Origin: Phycisphaera sp. TMED9
GTDB taxonomy: Bacteria > Planctomycetota > Phycisphaerae > Phycisphaerales > SM1A02
Length of the DNA stretch: 64,000 nucleotides
Direction of reading: 5' to 3'
NCBI GenBank assembly: GCA_002167845.2
Contig: NHBO02000064.1
Location: 80,910 to 144,909, forward strand
The notes under the pieces are model-generated. The model was not told the origin of the DNA. It searched no databases and was given only the letters and a program-made list of their open reading frames with translations. This document shows positions 18,172 to 28,780 of this stretch, in pieces (the first letter of the stretch is position 1; the number at the start of each line of letters is the position of its first letter). The translations under genes were made by a program, and so were the position numbers.

Positions 18172-19713
18172 TCAGGCGCTATCGGGCGTCGAGTCGCCTT
18201 CGATTTTCGGAGATTCCCCGGGGATTTCGGGCTCCAGATCGAGCTCCGCATCGTCCATGCGGTCCGCCTCGGCGGTTCCCGGGCGGTCCGACTTCAGGAG
18301 AACGGCGTGGAAGCTTCCGTCATGGATCCGGGCGGGGGGGTCACCGGGCATGCCGGCGGGGAAACGCTGAGTGGCATTGCGGCAATCCAGGCCGAATCGG
18401 CGTTCCATCCAGGCGACCATCCGGCGATTCTCCGTCGGTTCCAGACTGCAGGTCGAGAAGAGGATGGCGCCATTCGGCGACAGGAAGGGCTCGGCCTCAC
18501 GAACGATTCGTCTTTGAAGCGTGGCGATCGATGCGAGGGATTCCCGGCTGAATCGATATTTCGCTTCCGGACGTCGAGGAAGGACGCCGGTGTTCGTGCA
18601 CGGGACGTCCAAAGCGAGGAGATCGACCAGTCCGATCGCCTTGCCGAGTTGATCCGGCGGAAGCACTTCGATGGTCGGGTGATTCGCGAATCCTCGCTCC
18701 AGATCGGCGTAGCGGACGGCATCCACATCGGTGGCGAGAATCATCGCATCGGGGAATGCTTGAGCGAGTTGACGCGTCTTGGTACCTCGTCCGGCACAGA
18801 AATCGAGGATTCTCTTGGGCTTCAAGCCGTAGGCGCCGGCGACCGGTTCGGCACTGGCGGGATCCTGCACCCGGCTTCGAGGGTAGGCCTCGAGGAATCG
18901 CTCGATTCCCGCACGCCTTGGATTGAAGACGAAGAAGCCGGCTCGATCGTGCGGCGACAAGGGGCCGTCTTCCTCGGCTTCGGGGCGGATCTCTTCCGGA
19001 TCATCGGCCGTGATGCAGATCGGGGGCCTCACCAGATCGTGGCGGCAGAGCTCCCGGGTCTTGGCCATGCCATGCGCGCCGATCCAATGGACGACGAGGT
19101 CTTCGCCATGGCTGGTCTGTTGTTCGAGCCGAAGGACCTCTTCTTCCGCGAAAATGGGTTGGTCGAGGACGATCGCTCTTCCGTCGGAGAGGGGAAGAAG
19201 ATCCCGGCGTTCATGAAAAGCCTGCGCGTCCGGGTGCTCCGCGGGGAGCGTGTCCTTTCGGAGGCGGGCCACCTTGCGGAGCACGGCATTGACGAGTCCT
19301 GCGGCTGCCTGATGGACATGTTGACGAACACGGTTGACCGACTCGTTGATCGCGGCGTGGTCCGGAACCCCATCGAGCAGCAGGAGTTCGGCGGCCCCCG
19401 TGAGCAGGGCGGCTCGAACCGCTGGTTGGAGGGTGTGCCACTTTCGATCGATCTGCGAGGACAGCACGGTCTCGAGCGTGATCCACCGTTCCAGAATCGC
19501 CGACTCCAGGGCGCGGGCGAAGGCGGCGTCGCGCGGCGACAGCCCTCGGGTGTCCGCGGATCCCAGCGGAAGATCAGGGAACCGCTGGGTCAGCTTGATG
19601 AGACGCTCGTGAACCCGGTATCTGGCATCGTTTTGCGAGATGACTGGAGGCGGCGTCTGGCCACGCTTGAATTGTCCGCTTGGGCGGCCGCCGCGGGTTC
19701 GTCGATCATTCAT
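18172..19713 (-). CDS. rsmB: 16S rRNA (cytosine-C5)-methyltransferase RsmB/Sun family
   Basis: NusB-like N-domain, SAM site 'LDFCAGRGTKT', and 'DVPCTNTGVL' plus 'FSTCSLEPTEN' carrying the catalytic cysteines. ATG at 19713. The ORF-track extension to 20193 runs into metK. Confidence 0.85.
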   Translation of the reverse strand: MNDRRTRGGRPSGQFKRGQTPPPVISQNDARYRVHERLIKLTQRFPDLPLGSADTRGLSPRDAAFARALESAILERWITLETVLSSQIDRKWHTLQPAVRAALLTGAAELLLLDGVPDHAAINESVNRVRQHVHQAAAGLVNAVLRKVARLRKDTLPAEHPDAQAFHERRDLLPLSDGRAIVLDQPIFAEEEVLRLEQQTSHGEDLVVHWIGAHGMAKTRELCRHDLVRPPICITADDPEEIRPEAEEDGPLSPHDRAGFFVFNPRRAGIERFLEAYPRSRVQDPASAEPVAGAYGLKPKRILDFCAGRGTKTRQLAQAFPDAMILATDVDAVRYADLERGFANHPTIEVLPPDQLGKAIGLVDLLALDVPCTNTGVLPRRPEAKYRFSRESLASIATLQRRIVREAEPFLSPNGAILFSTCSLEPTENRRMVAWMERRFGLDCRNATQRFPAGMPGDPPARIHDGSFHAVLLKSDRPGTAEADRMDDAELDLEPEIPGESPKIEGDSTPDSA

Positions 19714-19718
19714 GTGGA

Positions 19719-20936
19719 TCAGGAGGATACCGTCGAAATCGCTTCGGCCGCGGCTTTCAGTGCCGCCGCCTTGTCGGTGCGCTCCCAGGTGAAGGTCCCG
19801 GGGCCGCCTTCTCCAGGCTCGCGTCCGAAGTGGCCGTGAGCCGCGGTGACGCGGTAGATCGGCTTGAGCAGATCCAGCTCGCTGATGATTCCCGCGGGGG
19901 TGAGCCCGAAGTGTTCGCGGACGATCGCCTCGATGGCCGCTTCGTCGATGGTGGACGTTCCATTCGTATCCACCAGAACCGACGTCGGTTCCGCGACGCC
20001 GATGGCGTAACTCAACTGCACTTCGCATTCTTCGGCGAGTTCGGCGGCGACGATGTTCTTGGCGATGTACCGCGCCATGTAGGCGGCCGAACGGTCGACC
20101 TTCGACGGGTCCTTGCCACTGAAGGCGCCACCGCCGTGCCGGCCACGTCCGCCGTAGGTGTCGACGATGATCTTCCGGCCGGTGAGGCCGCAATCGCCAT
20201 GAGGGCCACCAAGTTCGAATTTTCCGGTCGGGTTCACGTGGACCGTGATGTCATCGCTCCACCACTCGCCCAGAATCGGCTTGATGACGTGTTCGATGAT
20301 CGCGGCCTTCAGCTCGGCCTGCTTGTCGGCACCATTCCACGCCGGGCCGTGCTGGGTCGACAGAACCACGGTACGAACGGCGACGGGCTTTCCTTGGTCG
20401 TACTCCACGGTGACCTGGCTCTTGGCATCGGGACGAAGATGCAGGATCACGTTCTCACGACGAACTTCGGCCTGACGGGCCACCAGTTTGTGCGAAAGGT
20501 CGATCGGAAGCGGCATCAAGGATTCTGTTTCTCGGCATGCGAATCCGAACATGAGACCCTGATCGCCCGCGCCCTGTTCCGAGGGAGAACCACCGGCCTT
20601 GTCCCGGTCGACGCCCTGGTTGATGTCCGGGCTCTGCTGGTCGAGTGAGACGAGGACGGCACAGCTGCGTCCATCGAGTCCCTTCGAGGCGTCGTCGTAT
20701 CCGATCTCTTCGGCCGTTCGTCGGACGATCTCCGCGATCTCGACATACCCGTCGCACGTCACTTCGCCGGCGATGACCGCCATGCCGGTGGTCACCATGG
20801 TTTCACAGGCCACTCGGCACTTTGGGTCGACGGCGATCATGCCGTCCAGGATGGCATCTGAGATCTGATCAGCCAGTTTGTCCGGGTGGCCCATCGAGAC
20901 GGATTCGGAAGTGAAGAAGTGGGGGCGGTTCGTCAT
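19719..20936 (-). CDS. metK: S-adenosylmethionine synthetase
   Basis: '[18 protein letters not shown]', '[12 protein letters not shown]' and '[19 protein letters not shown]'. Confidence 0.95.
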   Translation of the reverse strand: MTNRPHFFTSESVSMGHPDKLADQISDAILDGMIAVDPKCRVACETMVTTGMAVIAGEVTCDGYVEIAEIVRRTAEEIGYDDASKGLDGRSCAVLVSLDQQSPDINQGVDRDKAGGSPSEQGAGDQGLMFGFACRETESLMPLPIDLSHKLVARQAEVRRENVILHLRPDAKSQVTVEYDQGKPVAVRTVVLSTQHGPAWNGADKQAELKAAIIEHVIKPILGEWWSDDITVHVNPTGKFELGGPHGDCGLTGRKIIVDTYGGRGRHGGGAFSGKDPSKVDRSAAYMARYIAKNIVAAELAEECEVQLSYAIGVAEPTSVLVDTNGTSTIDEAAIEAIVREHFGLTPAGIISELDLLKPIYRVTAAHGHFGREPGEGGPGTFTWERTDKAAALKAAAEAISTVSS

Positions 20937-21281
20937 GGTGAAAAGGGCCGGCTGGGAGGACGGGTTCAATCCATTCAACCGATGAATGGATGAAGTAAGA
21001 ATAACGGGTCGTTGGGCTGGTGGGAAGCCATGATTCGAGGATCTCCGGGTGGCTGACCGGGTGTCGGCACGGATTCAACCTCGCTCCATGTTCCCAGGGA
21101 CGTCCGAGAACTCAGCATACCGGCATCTCCGGATCTATTGGACTGAACCGAGAGCTCGTTGGCATCGTTTGAGAAAGAACCGGATCGAAAATCGTCCTCG
21201 TGACGGGGGCGGGCTACTCTTGTGGTACAGATCATTGACGGTCGAATGCCTCGGCCGCAAACCTCCTTTCGGACCCCCCAG

Positions 21282-22823
21282 ATGCGACCTTCCTGGTTCA
21301 TCAATTCGGCCTTCCTGACCACCGCGATCGCCCTCACAGGATCGGCGGCGGCCCTGGAACCGGTTGAAGACGCGGGAGCGTCCACGAGGGTGGTGATCCG
21401 TGGCACACCGGATCTTCGAATCTTCAGCGATCGCGATGGCGGCTTCTGGTTGGTTCCGGATCCGATGAAGAAGCGGCTCGGGATCGAGGATCTGGTCTCG
21501 GCCCGCATCGTCCGAGATGATCTTTCCGCCAACGGCATCGTCGACCTCACCCCTCTGTTCACGATTCCGCCGGCCGATCCGATCGCGGCGTCGGCGCACC
21601 GGCTCGACCGGTACTACATCGCCGAATTCCCCACGGCCGCCGCGGCGGCGGAAGTCGTCGCGGATCTGTCACCGCTGGTCACCATCGGCGGGCCGATCGA
21701 ATCGATCGAGATCGACGGGCTGGGCGGGGTCGCCTCACCTCCCGACGACACCTGGATCATGAGCCAGTACGGGGTTCACAACGTGGGGCAGAATGTTTCG
21801 GGTCAGGATGGCGTGGTCGGTGCCGACGTGAACGTCATTCCAGCCTGGGATTGGACGATCGGTTCCTCGGACGTGGTGGTCGCCGTCCTCGATGCGGGGC
21901 TCAGTCCGCATGAGGAGTTCGCGGATCGTCTGCTGCCGGGTTGGAACGTCCCCGACGGGAACGATCAATTCGCCGACGAATGCAGCAGTCACGGAACGCA
22001 CGTCGCGGGCATCCTCGCGGCGGAAGGCGACAACGAGCAGGGCGTCGCGGGCGTGGCGTGGCGAACTCGCATCATGCCGGTCGTGGTGACCGATGGATGT
22101 TCGGGCGTTGAAAGCTGGGTCGCGGAGGGAATCGTCTGGGCCGTCGACCAAGGCGCCGACATTCTCAACATGAGCCTTCAGTATTCGGCGGGAACCCAGG
22201 TCCTCGCGGATGCGGTCGCGTATGCGAACACCGCCGGGGTCATTCAGGTCGCGGCCACCGGAAACTCGGGTCAGACCGATGATGTCAAGGCTCCGGCGAG
22301 ATTCCCGGAGACCATCGCGGTGGCGGCGACGGACAATCGCGATCAACACTGGTTGTCCTCGAGTTCAGGGCCGGAGGTCGATCTCGCCGCTCCGGGCTGG
22401 CGTGTCTACTCCTGCACCAACACCTCGAACTACGGATACAAGAGCGGAACCAGCATGGCGACTCCGTTCGTCAGTGGTGCCGTCGCGTTGATGAAGGCCG
22501 TCGCGCCCGATCTCGATCCGATCACCGCGAAGGTCATGCTCCGAGTGAACGCCGTCGACGTCGAAGAAATCGGTTTCGATGAGTTCACGGGCAGCGGACG
22601 CCTCGATGTCGAAGCGGCGGTGCGCTCTCTCGATCCGACTCCGCCGGCACCCGGGGATCTCAATCACGATGGCCTGGTGAACGGCGAAGACTTCGGCATT
22701 CTGCTCACCGATTGGGGACCCTGCCCCGGTGATTGTGAAGAAACCTGCGATGGTGACATCAACGGTGACTGCGTGGTCAACGGCACGGATCTCGGTCTGC
22801 TCTTCATCGACTGGACCGGATGA
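21282..22823 (+). CDS. Secreted subtilisin-like S8 serine protease with a C-terminal dockerin-like tag
   Basis: Catalytic triad contexts 'VVAVLDAGL', 'HGTHVAGIL' and 'GTSMATPFVSGAVAL'. Signal peptide 'MRPSWFINSAFLTTAIALTGSAAA'. C-terminus is 'GDLNHDGLVNGEDFGILLTDWGPCPGDCEETCDGDINGDCVVNGTDLGLLFIDWTG'. Confidence 0.9.
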   Translation: MRPSWFINSAFLTTAIALTGSAAALEPVEDAGASTRVVIRGTPDLRIFSDRDGGFWLVPDPMKKRLGIEDLVSARIVRDDLSANGIVDLTPLFTIPPADPIAASAHRLDRYYIAEFPTAAAAAEVVADLSPLVTIGGPIESIEIDGLGGVASPPDDTWIMSQYGVHNVGQNVSGQDGVVGADVNVIPAWDWTIGSSDVVVAVLDAGLSPHEEFADRLLPGWNVPDGNDQFADECSSHGTHVAGILAAEGDNEQGVAGVAWRTRIMPVVVTDGCSGVESWVAEGIVWAVDQGADILNMSLQYSAGTQVLADAVAYANTAGVIQVAATGNSGQTDDVKAPARFPETIAVAATDNRDQHWLSSSSGPEVDLAAPGWRVYSCTNTSNYGYKSGTSMATPFVSGAVALMKAVAPDLDPITAKVMLRVNAVDVEEIGFDEFTGSGRLDVEAAVRSLDPTPPAPGDLNHDGLVNGEDFGILLTDWGPCPGDCEETCDGDINGDCVVNGTDLGLLFIDWTG

Positions 22824-22955
22824 GTTCGGCCGGGAGACCGGCATCGTCTGCAATTCATGATGACCGTCCGACGACCCACCGATGGGGGCGGCGATTCCGC
22901 GATTCCCGCGTATCGTGTGGACGCCTCATTCACGCATCTCAGGGATCCGAGTCTC

Positions 22956-23687
22956 ATGACCGACGTCATCGACGTGTTGCTTGCCCATCGCTCCGTCCGC
23001 CGCTTCAAGGACGAGCCGATTCCCGAAGAGGACCTTCTCCGCGCCGTTCGGGCGGGGCAGCAGGCGGCGACGAGTTCCAACATCCAGGGGTATTGCGCCA
23101 TCCGGGTGACCGATCCGGTGACCCGTGCGGCCCTCGTTCCACTCACCGGCGGTCAGGCCAAGGTCGCGGACTGTCCGTTGTTCCTCGCGATCTGCGGAGA
23201 CACGCGGCGTCATCGGTTGCTGGCGGCCCGCGACGGCGCGGACTACCAGCCGAATCTCGAGGGATTCATGCTCGCGGTGATCGACGCGACGCTCTTCGCC
23301 CAGAACATGGTGATCGCGTTCGAATCCATGGGATACGGCACCTGCTACATCGGGGGATTGCGCGAGGATCTTCCCGCGGTTCACAAGGTGCTTCAGACCC
23401 CGGAGGGCGTGTGGCCCCTCTTCGGGCTCTGCGTCGGACGCCCTGCTCAGGAGCCTCGAACCCGGCCCCGGTTGGAGACCGATGCGGTCATCTTCGATGA
23501 TCGATATCCGGCGGACGAGGAGATTCTCGCATCGATCGACGGCTACGACCGCGTGATGCACGACTGGTACCGGGACAATGGAATCGACACGCCGGACTGG
23601 TCTGCAAGGATCCGTCGGCACTTCGAGGAAAAGCATCGAACGAGGAATGCGGCGTGGTATCTCGCCGCCGGGGCGTCTTTCGACTGA
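22956..23687 (+). CDS. nfsA: NfsA-type oxygen-insensitive NAD(P)H nitroreductase
   Basis: 'LLAHRSVRRFKDEPIP', 'ATSSNIQGY', and a size of about 243 aa from ATG 22956. Confidence 0.8.
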   Translation: MTDVIDVLLAHRSVRRFKDEPIPEEDLLRAVRAGQQAATSSNIQGYCAIRVTDPVTRAALVPLTGGQAKVADCPLFLAICGDTRRHRLLAARDGADYQPNLEGFMLAVIDATLFAQNMVIAFESMGYGTCYIGGLREDLPAVHKVLQTPEGVWPLFGLCVGRPAQEPRTRPRLETDAVIFDDRYPADEEILASIDGYDRVMHDWYRDNGIDTPDWSARIRRHFEEKHRTRNAAWYLAAGASFD

Positions 23688-23782
23688 TTCGACCTCGATC
23701 AGCGGTATAGACTGTTCTTCCCCGTCCACCCGATCGGTCGACCCCGACCCCTCGCCGGACGTCTTCCTTCGGAGTCCGATCG

Positions 23783-24274
23783 ATGCTCGTGAAAGTGACG
23801 CTCGCTCGATTGCTGATCCGGGAGATGGCGGACTCGCAGTTCGTCACGCTCCAGGAAGAGGAGGGCGAACGCATGTTTCCCATCGCGATCGGGCTGCCCG
23901 AGGCCTTCGCGATCGAGCGACGTCTTCGAAAGGCGGCGGTGCCGCGACCGCAGACCCATGACCTTCTCGAGAACACGATTTCACTCCTGGGCGGAGACCT
24001 CGTTCAGATCGTGATCCATGCGCTCGAGGAGGGGACCTTCTTCGCGAAGATCGTCGTTCGTCAGAACGACGATCTGATCGAGATCGACTGCCGTCCGTCC
24101 GACGCGATCGCGCTCGGTGCCGCGGCCGACATTCCCATCTTCGTCGAGGAGTCCGTGCTCGACGAGGCGTCGAGCGAGCCGGTGAACGGAATCCAGCCGC
24201 CCGAGCATCCCGGATGGATGCCCGACTTCGGCGAGGAAGAACGGGACGACGACAGTGAACAGGAGTTCGGTTGA
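23783..24274 (+). CDS. Bifunctional nuclease (BFN/DUF151) family protein
   Basis: 'FPIAIGLPEAFAIERRL', 'PRPQTHDLL' and 'IDCRPSDAIALG', with an acidic C-terminal tail. Confidence 0.8.
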   Translation: MLVKVTLARLLIREMADSQFVTLQEEEGERMFPIAIGLPEAFAIERRLRKAAVPRPQTHDLLENTISLLGGDLVQIVIHALEEGTFFAKIVVRQNDDLIEIDCRPSDAIALGAAADIPIFVEESVLDEASSEPVNGIQPPEHPGWMPDFGEEERDDDSEQEFG

Positions 24275-25644
24275 ACGACGTTCCCAGTGACGATCTCCAT
24301 GTGGCCCCACAGACGGCGTCCGGTGTGCTCGGCGACCCGATGCCGAGGGGGCGACTGCTCGATTCACCGTTGCTGGCGGGGCGGATCAAGCTGCGCGACG
24401 AGGACTTCATCGTCGATGAGATCCCGCTGTACGAACCCTGCGGCGAGGGCGAGCATCTCTACATTCGAGTGCAGAAGAAGGGCCTGGCCCACACCGAACT
24501 GCTCGAGCGACTGCGTCGGCACTTCAATGTCAAGGAGGAGGCGATCGGCGCGGCCGGAATGAAGGATCGGGTCGCGATGACCAGCCAGACCATCTCGATC
24601 CACCTCCCGGGCCGAGGCGGACCACCCTCGGAAGCCGCAACCGCGATCGAGGACTCGAGGATTCAGATCGTGTGGGCGGACTGGCACACCAACAAGCTTC
24701 GCCGCGGACATCTCACGGGGAATCGATTCTCCATTCGTATTCGTGATCTCGATCCGCTTCAGGCGCCGCAGGTCTGGCGTTCGATGAAGGAGCTCGAGAA
24801 GCGGGGGGTTCCCAACCACTACGGGACCCAGCGATTCGGATATCGCCGGAACACGCATCGGCTCGGTGCGATGGTCATTCGCAGTGACTGGGACGGGCTG
24901 GTCGCGGAGATGCTCGGTGCGACCGGAAGTTGGTTCCCCGCTCATCAGAAATCTCAACGAGAGGCCTTCGATGCCGGTCGATTCGACGAGGCCTTGAAGG
25001 GATGGGGGCGTCGTGACGTCGCCGAGCGTGGCATGGCCCGTGCGATCGCGAAGGGACGTTCGCCCGCCGAGGCGGTCCGCACGGTCTCCCGGCAGATGCG
25101 GACGTTCTGGGTGAGCGCCCTCCAATCTTCGATCTTCAACCATCTCCTCGAGGAGCGGCTCGCGTCGGGGACCATCGACCGGCTTCAACTGGGCGACGTC
25201 GCGTTTCGCCACGAGAATCGCAAGTCCTTCCTCGCCGATGCGGCGATGATGGCGGCCGAGGATCAGCAGGCCCGGGTCGATTCGTGGGAGATCTCACCGG
25301 CCGGCCCGATCATCGGACCCGGAATGCCTCAGTCAACGGGCGCCGTGCTGGAGTCCGAGCGTGAAGCGTTCGGAGTCGCCGCGGTCGAAGCGGATGACTT
25401 CGCAAAGGATGATCTCGACTTCAAAGGCACTCGGCGGCCGTACCGCGTCAAGATCCGCGACCTCGAACTCGATTCAGGCTTCGATGAGCACGGGACCTAC
25501 GTTCGAACCGCCTTTGATCTCCCCCGCGGGTCCTACGCCACGGTGGTGCTCCGGGAGATCATCGGTGATGAGGGGGTTGAGGCTCATCGCCGTGATCGCC
25601 GTGACAAGAAGGCTTTCGCGCCGCGCGATGAGACTCGCGAGTGA
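24271..25644 (+). CDS. truD: tRNA pseudouridine(13) synthase TruD
   Basis: 'IKLRDEDFIVDEIP', the catalytic Asp context 'GMKDRVAMTSQ', and 'NHYGTQRFG'. The TTG start overlaps the upstream stop; an alternative ATG lies about 70 nt downstream. Confidence 0.85.
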   Translation: MNDVPSDDLHVAPQTASGVLGDPMPRGRLLDSPLLAGRIKLRDEDFIVDEIPLYEPCGEGEHLYIRVQKKGLAHTELLERLRRHFNVKEEAIGAAGMKDRVAMTSQTISIHLPGRGGPPSEAATAIEDSRIQIVWADWHTNKLRRGHLTGNRFSIRIRDLDPLQAPQVWRSMKELEKRGVPNHYGTQRFGYRRNTHRLGAMVIRSDWDGLVAEMLGATGSWFPAHQKSQREAFDAGRFDEALKGWGRRDVAERGMARAIAKGRSPAEAVRTVSRQMRTFWVSALQSSIFNHLLEERLASGTIDRLQLGDVAFRHENRKSFLADAAMMAAEDQQARVDSWEISPAGPIIGPGMPQSTGAVLESEREAFGVAAVEADDFAKDDLDFKGTRRPYRVKIRDLELDSGFDEHGTYVRTAFDLPRGSYATVVLREIIGDEGVEAHRRDRRDKKAFAPRDETRE

Positions 25645-25831
25645 TTTGAATCACGATCAAGAGGCGCCGAAACGCGAAAACGGCGACCTCCCGCGTCCAA
25701 CGATCGGTCGGGATCTGGCACCGGCTCGTTCGGGGTTGCGGTTCGATTTCTGTTCGGGCTCGGAAGGGACCTGATATATTCCGGCCTCCCGCCGGGGGAT
25801 CGTCGCCGCACTTTGGAAAGGAAGATCTGGT

Positions 25832-27052
25832 TTGTTCGGAGTTCGATCTGCAACTGCGATCGTCCTCATCGCGTCGCTCTGCGTCGCGGGCCGGCTTCTG
25901 GCTGGAGCAGGGCAGGACACCACCGTGCCGGCCGCGGATGGGGCGAGTGCGGCCGCCGCTCAGGACGTGGCGTCGCCGCCCGTGCCCCCGATCCCTTCCG
26001 CGGCACCGCCGCCGTACACCATCAAGGGGTCGGTGGCGGAGATGGATGCGAAACTCGTGGTCTGCGATCCGGACGGCCCACCGGTCGCGGGCGCCGGGGT
26101 CACCGGGATCTTTGCGCCGGAGTCGCCGCCTTCGCGGGAGATCCGCGATCTCAGTTATCTCGTGTTCGGGATCTGCATCGTCATCTTCGTGGTGGTCCAG
26201 GGATTCCTGGTGGTCGCGATCGTTCGAGGGGTCCGCGCTCGCCGGGCCGCGAACCGATCCGCCGAAGAAGTCTCGGACGAACCCGTCCAGATCTATGGAA
26301 GCATTCCGATTGAAATCGCGTGGACGGTGATTCCATCGATCATCGTCTTCGTGCTGACGATGGTCACCATTCGAACAATTCGAGACATCGACATCACCAC
26401 GGCGCCCGAGGACTCGCTCGAAGTCGTCGTGATCGGCCATCAATGGTGGTGGGAATTCCGGTATCCGGGACCTGACGGCGAAGTCGTCACCGCCAACGAG
26501 ATGCACGTCCCGGTCGGTCGCCCGGTATGGCTTCGACTGGAGTCCGCCGATGTGATCCACAGTTTCTGGGTTCCGAGGCTCGCCGGAAAGATGGACCTGA
26601 TTCCCGGGCGCACGAACTACACGTGGTTCTCCGCCGATCGGAAGGGCATCTTCCTCGGACAGTGTGCGGAATACTGCGGAACGCAGCACGCTCACATGCT
26701 GATCCGTGTCTATGCCGACGAACCCGCGGAATTCGAGACCTGGTTGGCCGAACAGCGGAAGCCTGCGGTCGTCGATCCGTCGGTCGAAGCGGGTCGGCGC
26801 GTGTTCGCCGAGTACGCGTGTCTCAACTGTCACACCATCGACGGGTTGAGCGATGGCATGTTCGGCCCGAACCTGACTCATCTTGCAAGCCGGAACACCA
26901 TCGGTTCGGGATTCATCCCCCTCGATCGCGACAATCTTCGGGCGTGGATCGACGATCCGAACCAACTCAAACCCGGCTGCAACATGCCGTCGCTCAAACT
27001 TGATCCGACGGAACTCGACGCGGTCACCGACTACCTCATGACCCTGCATTGA
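25832..27052 (+). CDS. ctaC: Cytochrome c oxidase subunit II with a fused C-terminal cytochrome c domain (caa3-type), copy 1
   Basis: CuA site 'HSFWVPRLAGKMDLIPGR...CAEYCGTQHAHM', haem-c motif 'CLNCH', and N-terminal signal plus TM helices. Confidence 0.9.
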   Translation: MFGVRSATAIVLIASLCVAGRLLAGAGQDTTVPAADGASAAAAQDVASPPVPPIPSAAPPPYTIKGSVAEMDAKLVVCDPDGPPVAGAGVTGIFAPESPPSREIRDLSYLVFGICIVIFVVVQGFLVVAIVRGVRARRAANRSAEEVSDEPVQIYGSIPIEIAWTVIPSIIVFVLTMVTIRTIRDIDITTAPEDSLEVVVIGHQWWWEFRYPGPDGEVVTANEMHVPVGRPVWLRLESADVIHSFWVPRLAGKMDLIPGRTNYTWFSADRKGIFLGQCAEYCGTQHAHMLIRVYADEPAEFETWLAEQRKPAVVDPSVEAGRRVFAEYACLNCHTIDGLSDGMFGPNLTHLASRNTIGSGFIPLDRDNLRAWIDDPNQLKPGCNMPSLKLDPTELDAVTDYLMTLH

Positions 27053-27067
27053 CTTGAAGGTCCCGAC

Positions 27068-28753
27068 ATGACCACTGGCTCAGGACATTCTGGTTCCGCA
27101 TCCCTTCCAGGGCCGTCCACGCGCGGTCGTTTCTGGGAATTGGCGATGCAGTGGGCGATCTCCGTCGACCACAAGAAGCTGGCCATGATGTACATCGGTG
27201 CGGGCCTGATCTTCTTCCTGGTCGGTGGCATCGAAGCCGCGTTCATGCGGCTTCAACTGGCTCAGGCGGGGAATGAAGTCGTTGATCCGGCGACCTTCAA
27301 CCAGTTGTTCACGATGCACGGCACCACCATGGTGTTTCTGGTCGGCATGCCGATCCTGCTGGGATTCGGCAACTACCTGATTCCCCTGATGGTGGGTGCC
27401 CGGGACATGGCTTTCCCGAGGCTCAACGCCTTCGGGTTCTGGCTCTTCATCTTCGGCGGTCTCCTCCTCTACTTCAGTTACGTGGGGGCCGACGGTCTCT
27501 ACGGGGCGGGTACGGCGCCGGACGTCGGTTGGTTCGCCTACGCACCGCTCACCAGCCGGACCTTCAGTCGAGGCAACAGCACCGATTACTGGATTCTGGG
27601 GATTCTGGTCAGTGGTTTCGGCAGCATGACGACCGCGATCAACTTCATCGCGACCATCCTCTGCATGCGTTGCCCGGGCATGAAGTTGATGCGCATGCCG
27701 ATGATCGCGTGGATGATGCTCGTGGTGGCCTTCCTCGTGCTCGTGGCGATTCCGATCCTGACCGCCGCACAGGCGATGCTTCTCTTCGACCGGACGCTCG
27801 GCGCTCACTTCTTCGATCCGGAGACCCAGGGGTCCGCGATCCTCTGGCAGCACCTCTTCTGGTTCTTCGGGCACCCCGAGGTCTACATCCTGATTCTTCC
27901 CGCCTTCGGGTTCGTGAGCGAGATCATGCCCACGTTCAGTCGGAAGGTGCTCTTCGGATACCCATTGATGGTCGCCGCGACCGTGGGAATCGGGTTCATA
28001 TCGCTGGGCGTCTGGGCGCACCACATGTTCGTGGTGGGGCTCGGCCCGGTGCTTGACTCGTTCTTCGGCGCCACGACCTTCCTGATATCCGTCCCGACCG
28101 GAATCAAGATCTTCAACTGGCTTGGGACCATGTGGGGTGGTCGAATCCAATTCACGACCCCGATGCTCTTCGTCACCGGCTTCGTCGCGATGTTCGTGAT
28201 CGGTGGGCTGACCGGGATCATGCTGGCGACGGTTCCCATGACCTGGCAGCTGTCCGACAGCTACTTCGTGGTCGGTCACTTCCACTACGTGCTCTTCGGT
28301 GGAACGGTGTTCGGAATCTTCGGCGCGTTGTTCTACTGGTTCCCCAAGGCGACCGGTCGCCTTCTCGACGAACGGCTCGGGAAGTGGACGTTCTGGCTTC
28401 TCTTCATCGGATTCACGCTGACCTTCATGCCCATGCACGTCTCAGGAGCGTTGGGCATGCCGCGTCGCGTCTACACCTACGAAGCCGATCGAGGCTTCGA
28501 AATCTGGAACCTGATCAGCTCGATCGGAGTTCCAGTACAGATGGCGGGCGTCGCGCTGTTCCTGTGGAACGTGGTTCGAACCCTTCGCAAGGGCGAAGTG
28601 GCCGGCGACGACCCGTGGGACGCCTGGACGCTCGAGTGGGGGACCAGCAGCCCGCCGCCGGAGTGGAACTTCGACCGCATCCCGACCTGTACCAGCGCTC
28701 GACCGCTCTGGGACCGCAAACATCCGGAGGATCCCGATGCGCATTACGAGTGA
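27068..28753 (+). CDS. ctaD: Cytochrome c oxidase subunit I, copy 1
   Basis: 'WFFGHPEVYILILPAFG', 'WAHHMFVVG' and 'VGHFHYVLFGG', with 12 or more TM helices. Confidence 0.95.
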   Translation: MTTGSGHSGSASLPGPSTRGRFWELAMQWAISVDHKKLAMMYIGAGLIFFLVGGIEAAFMRLQLAQAGNEVVDPATFNQLFTMHGTTMVFLVGMPILLGFGNYLIPLMVGARDMAFPRLNAFGFWLFIFGGLLLYFSYVGADGLYGAGTAPDVGWFAYAPLTSRTFSRGNSTDYWILGILVSGFGSMTTAINFIATILCMRCPGMKLMRMPMIAWMMLVVAFLVLVAIPILTAAQAMLLFDRTLGAHFFDPETQGSAILWQHLFWFFGHPEVYILILPAFGFVSEIMPTFSRKVLFGYPLMVAATVGIGFISLGVWAHHMFVVGLGPVLDSFFGATTFLISVPTGIKIFNWLGTMWGGRIQFTTPMLFVTGFVAMFVIGGLTGIMLATVPMTWQLSDSYFVVGHFHYVLFGGTVFGIFGALFYWFPKATGRLLDERLGKWTFWLLFIGFTLTFMPMHVSGALGMPRRVYTYEADRGFEIWNLISSIGVPVQMAGVALFLWNVVRTLRKGEVAGDDPWDAWTLEWGTSSPPPEWNFDRIPTCTSARPLWDRKHPEDPDAHYE

Positions 28754-28780
28754 TCTCCGACCGCAGCACGAGGTGTGTGG

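Noticed and set aside
19714-20193. N-terminal extension of rsmB running into metK
   Set aside because: It is an out-of-frame overlap with the well-supported metK. The ATG at 19713 gives a normal NusB-like N-terminus.
20937-21281. Possible SAM riboswitch in the ~285-nt region upstream of metK, which includes an 8-bp hairpin 'tccattca-tcgg(t)-tgaatgga' about 40 nt before the start
   Set aside because: I could not recognise the conserved cores of the SAM-I, SAM-II, SAM-IV, SMK or SAM/SAH classes by eye. The region also serves as the divergent promoter for the S8 protease gene. An Infernal/Rfam scan would settle it.
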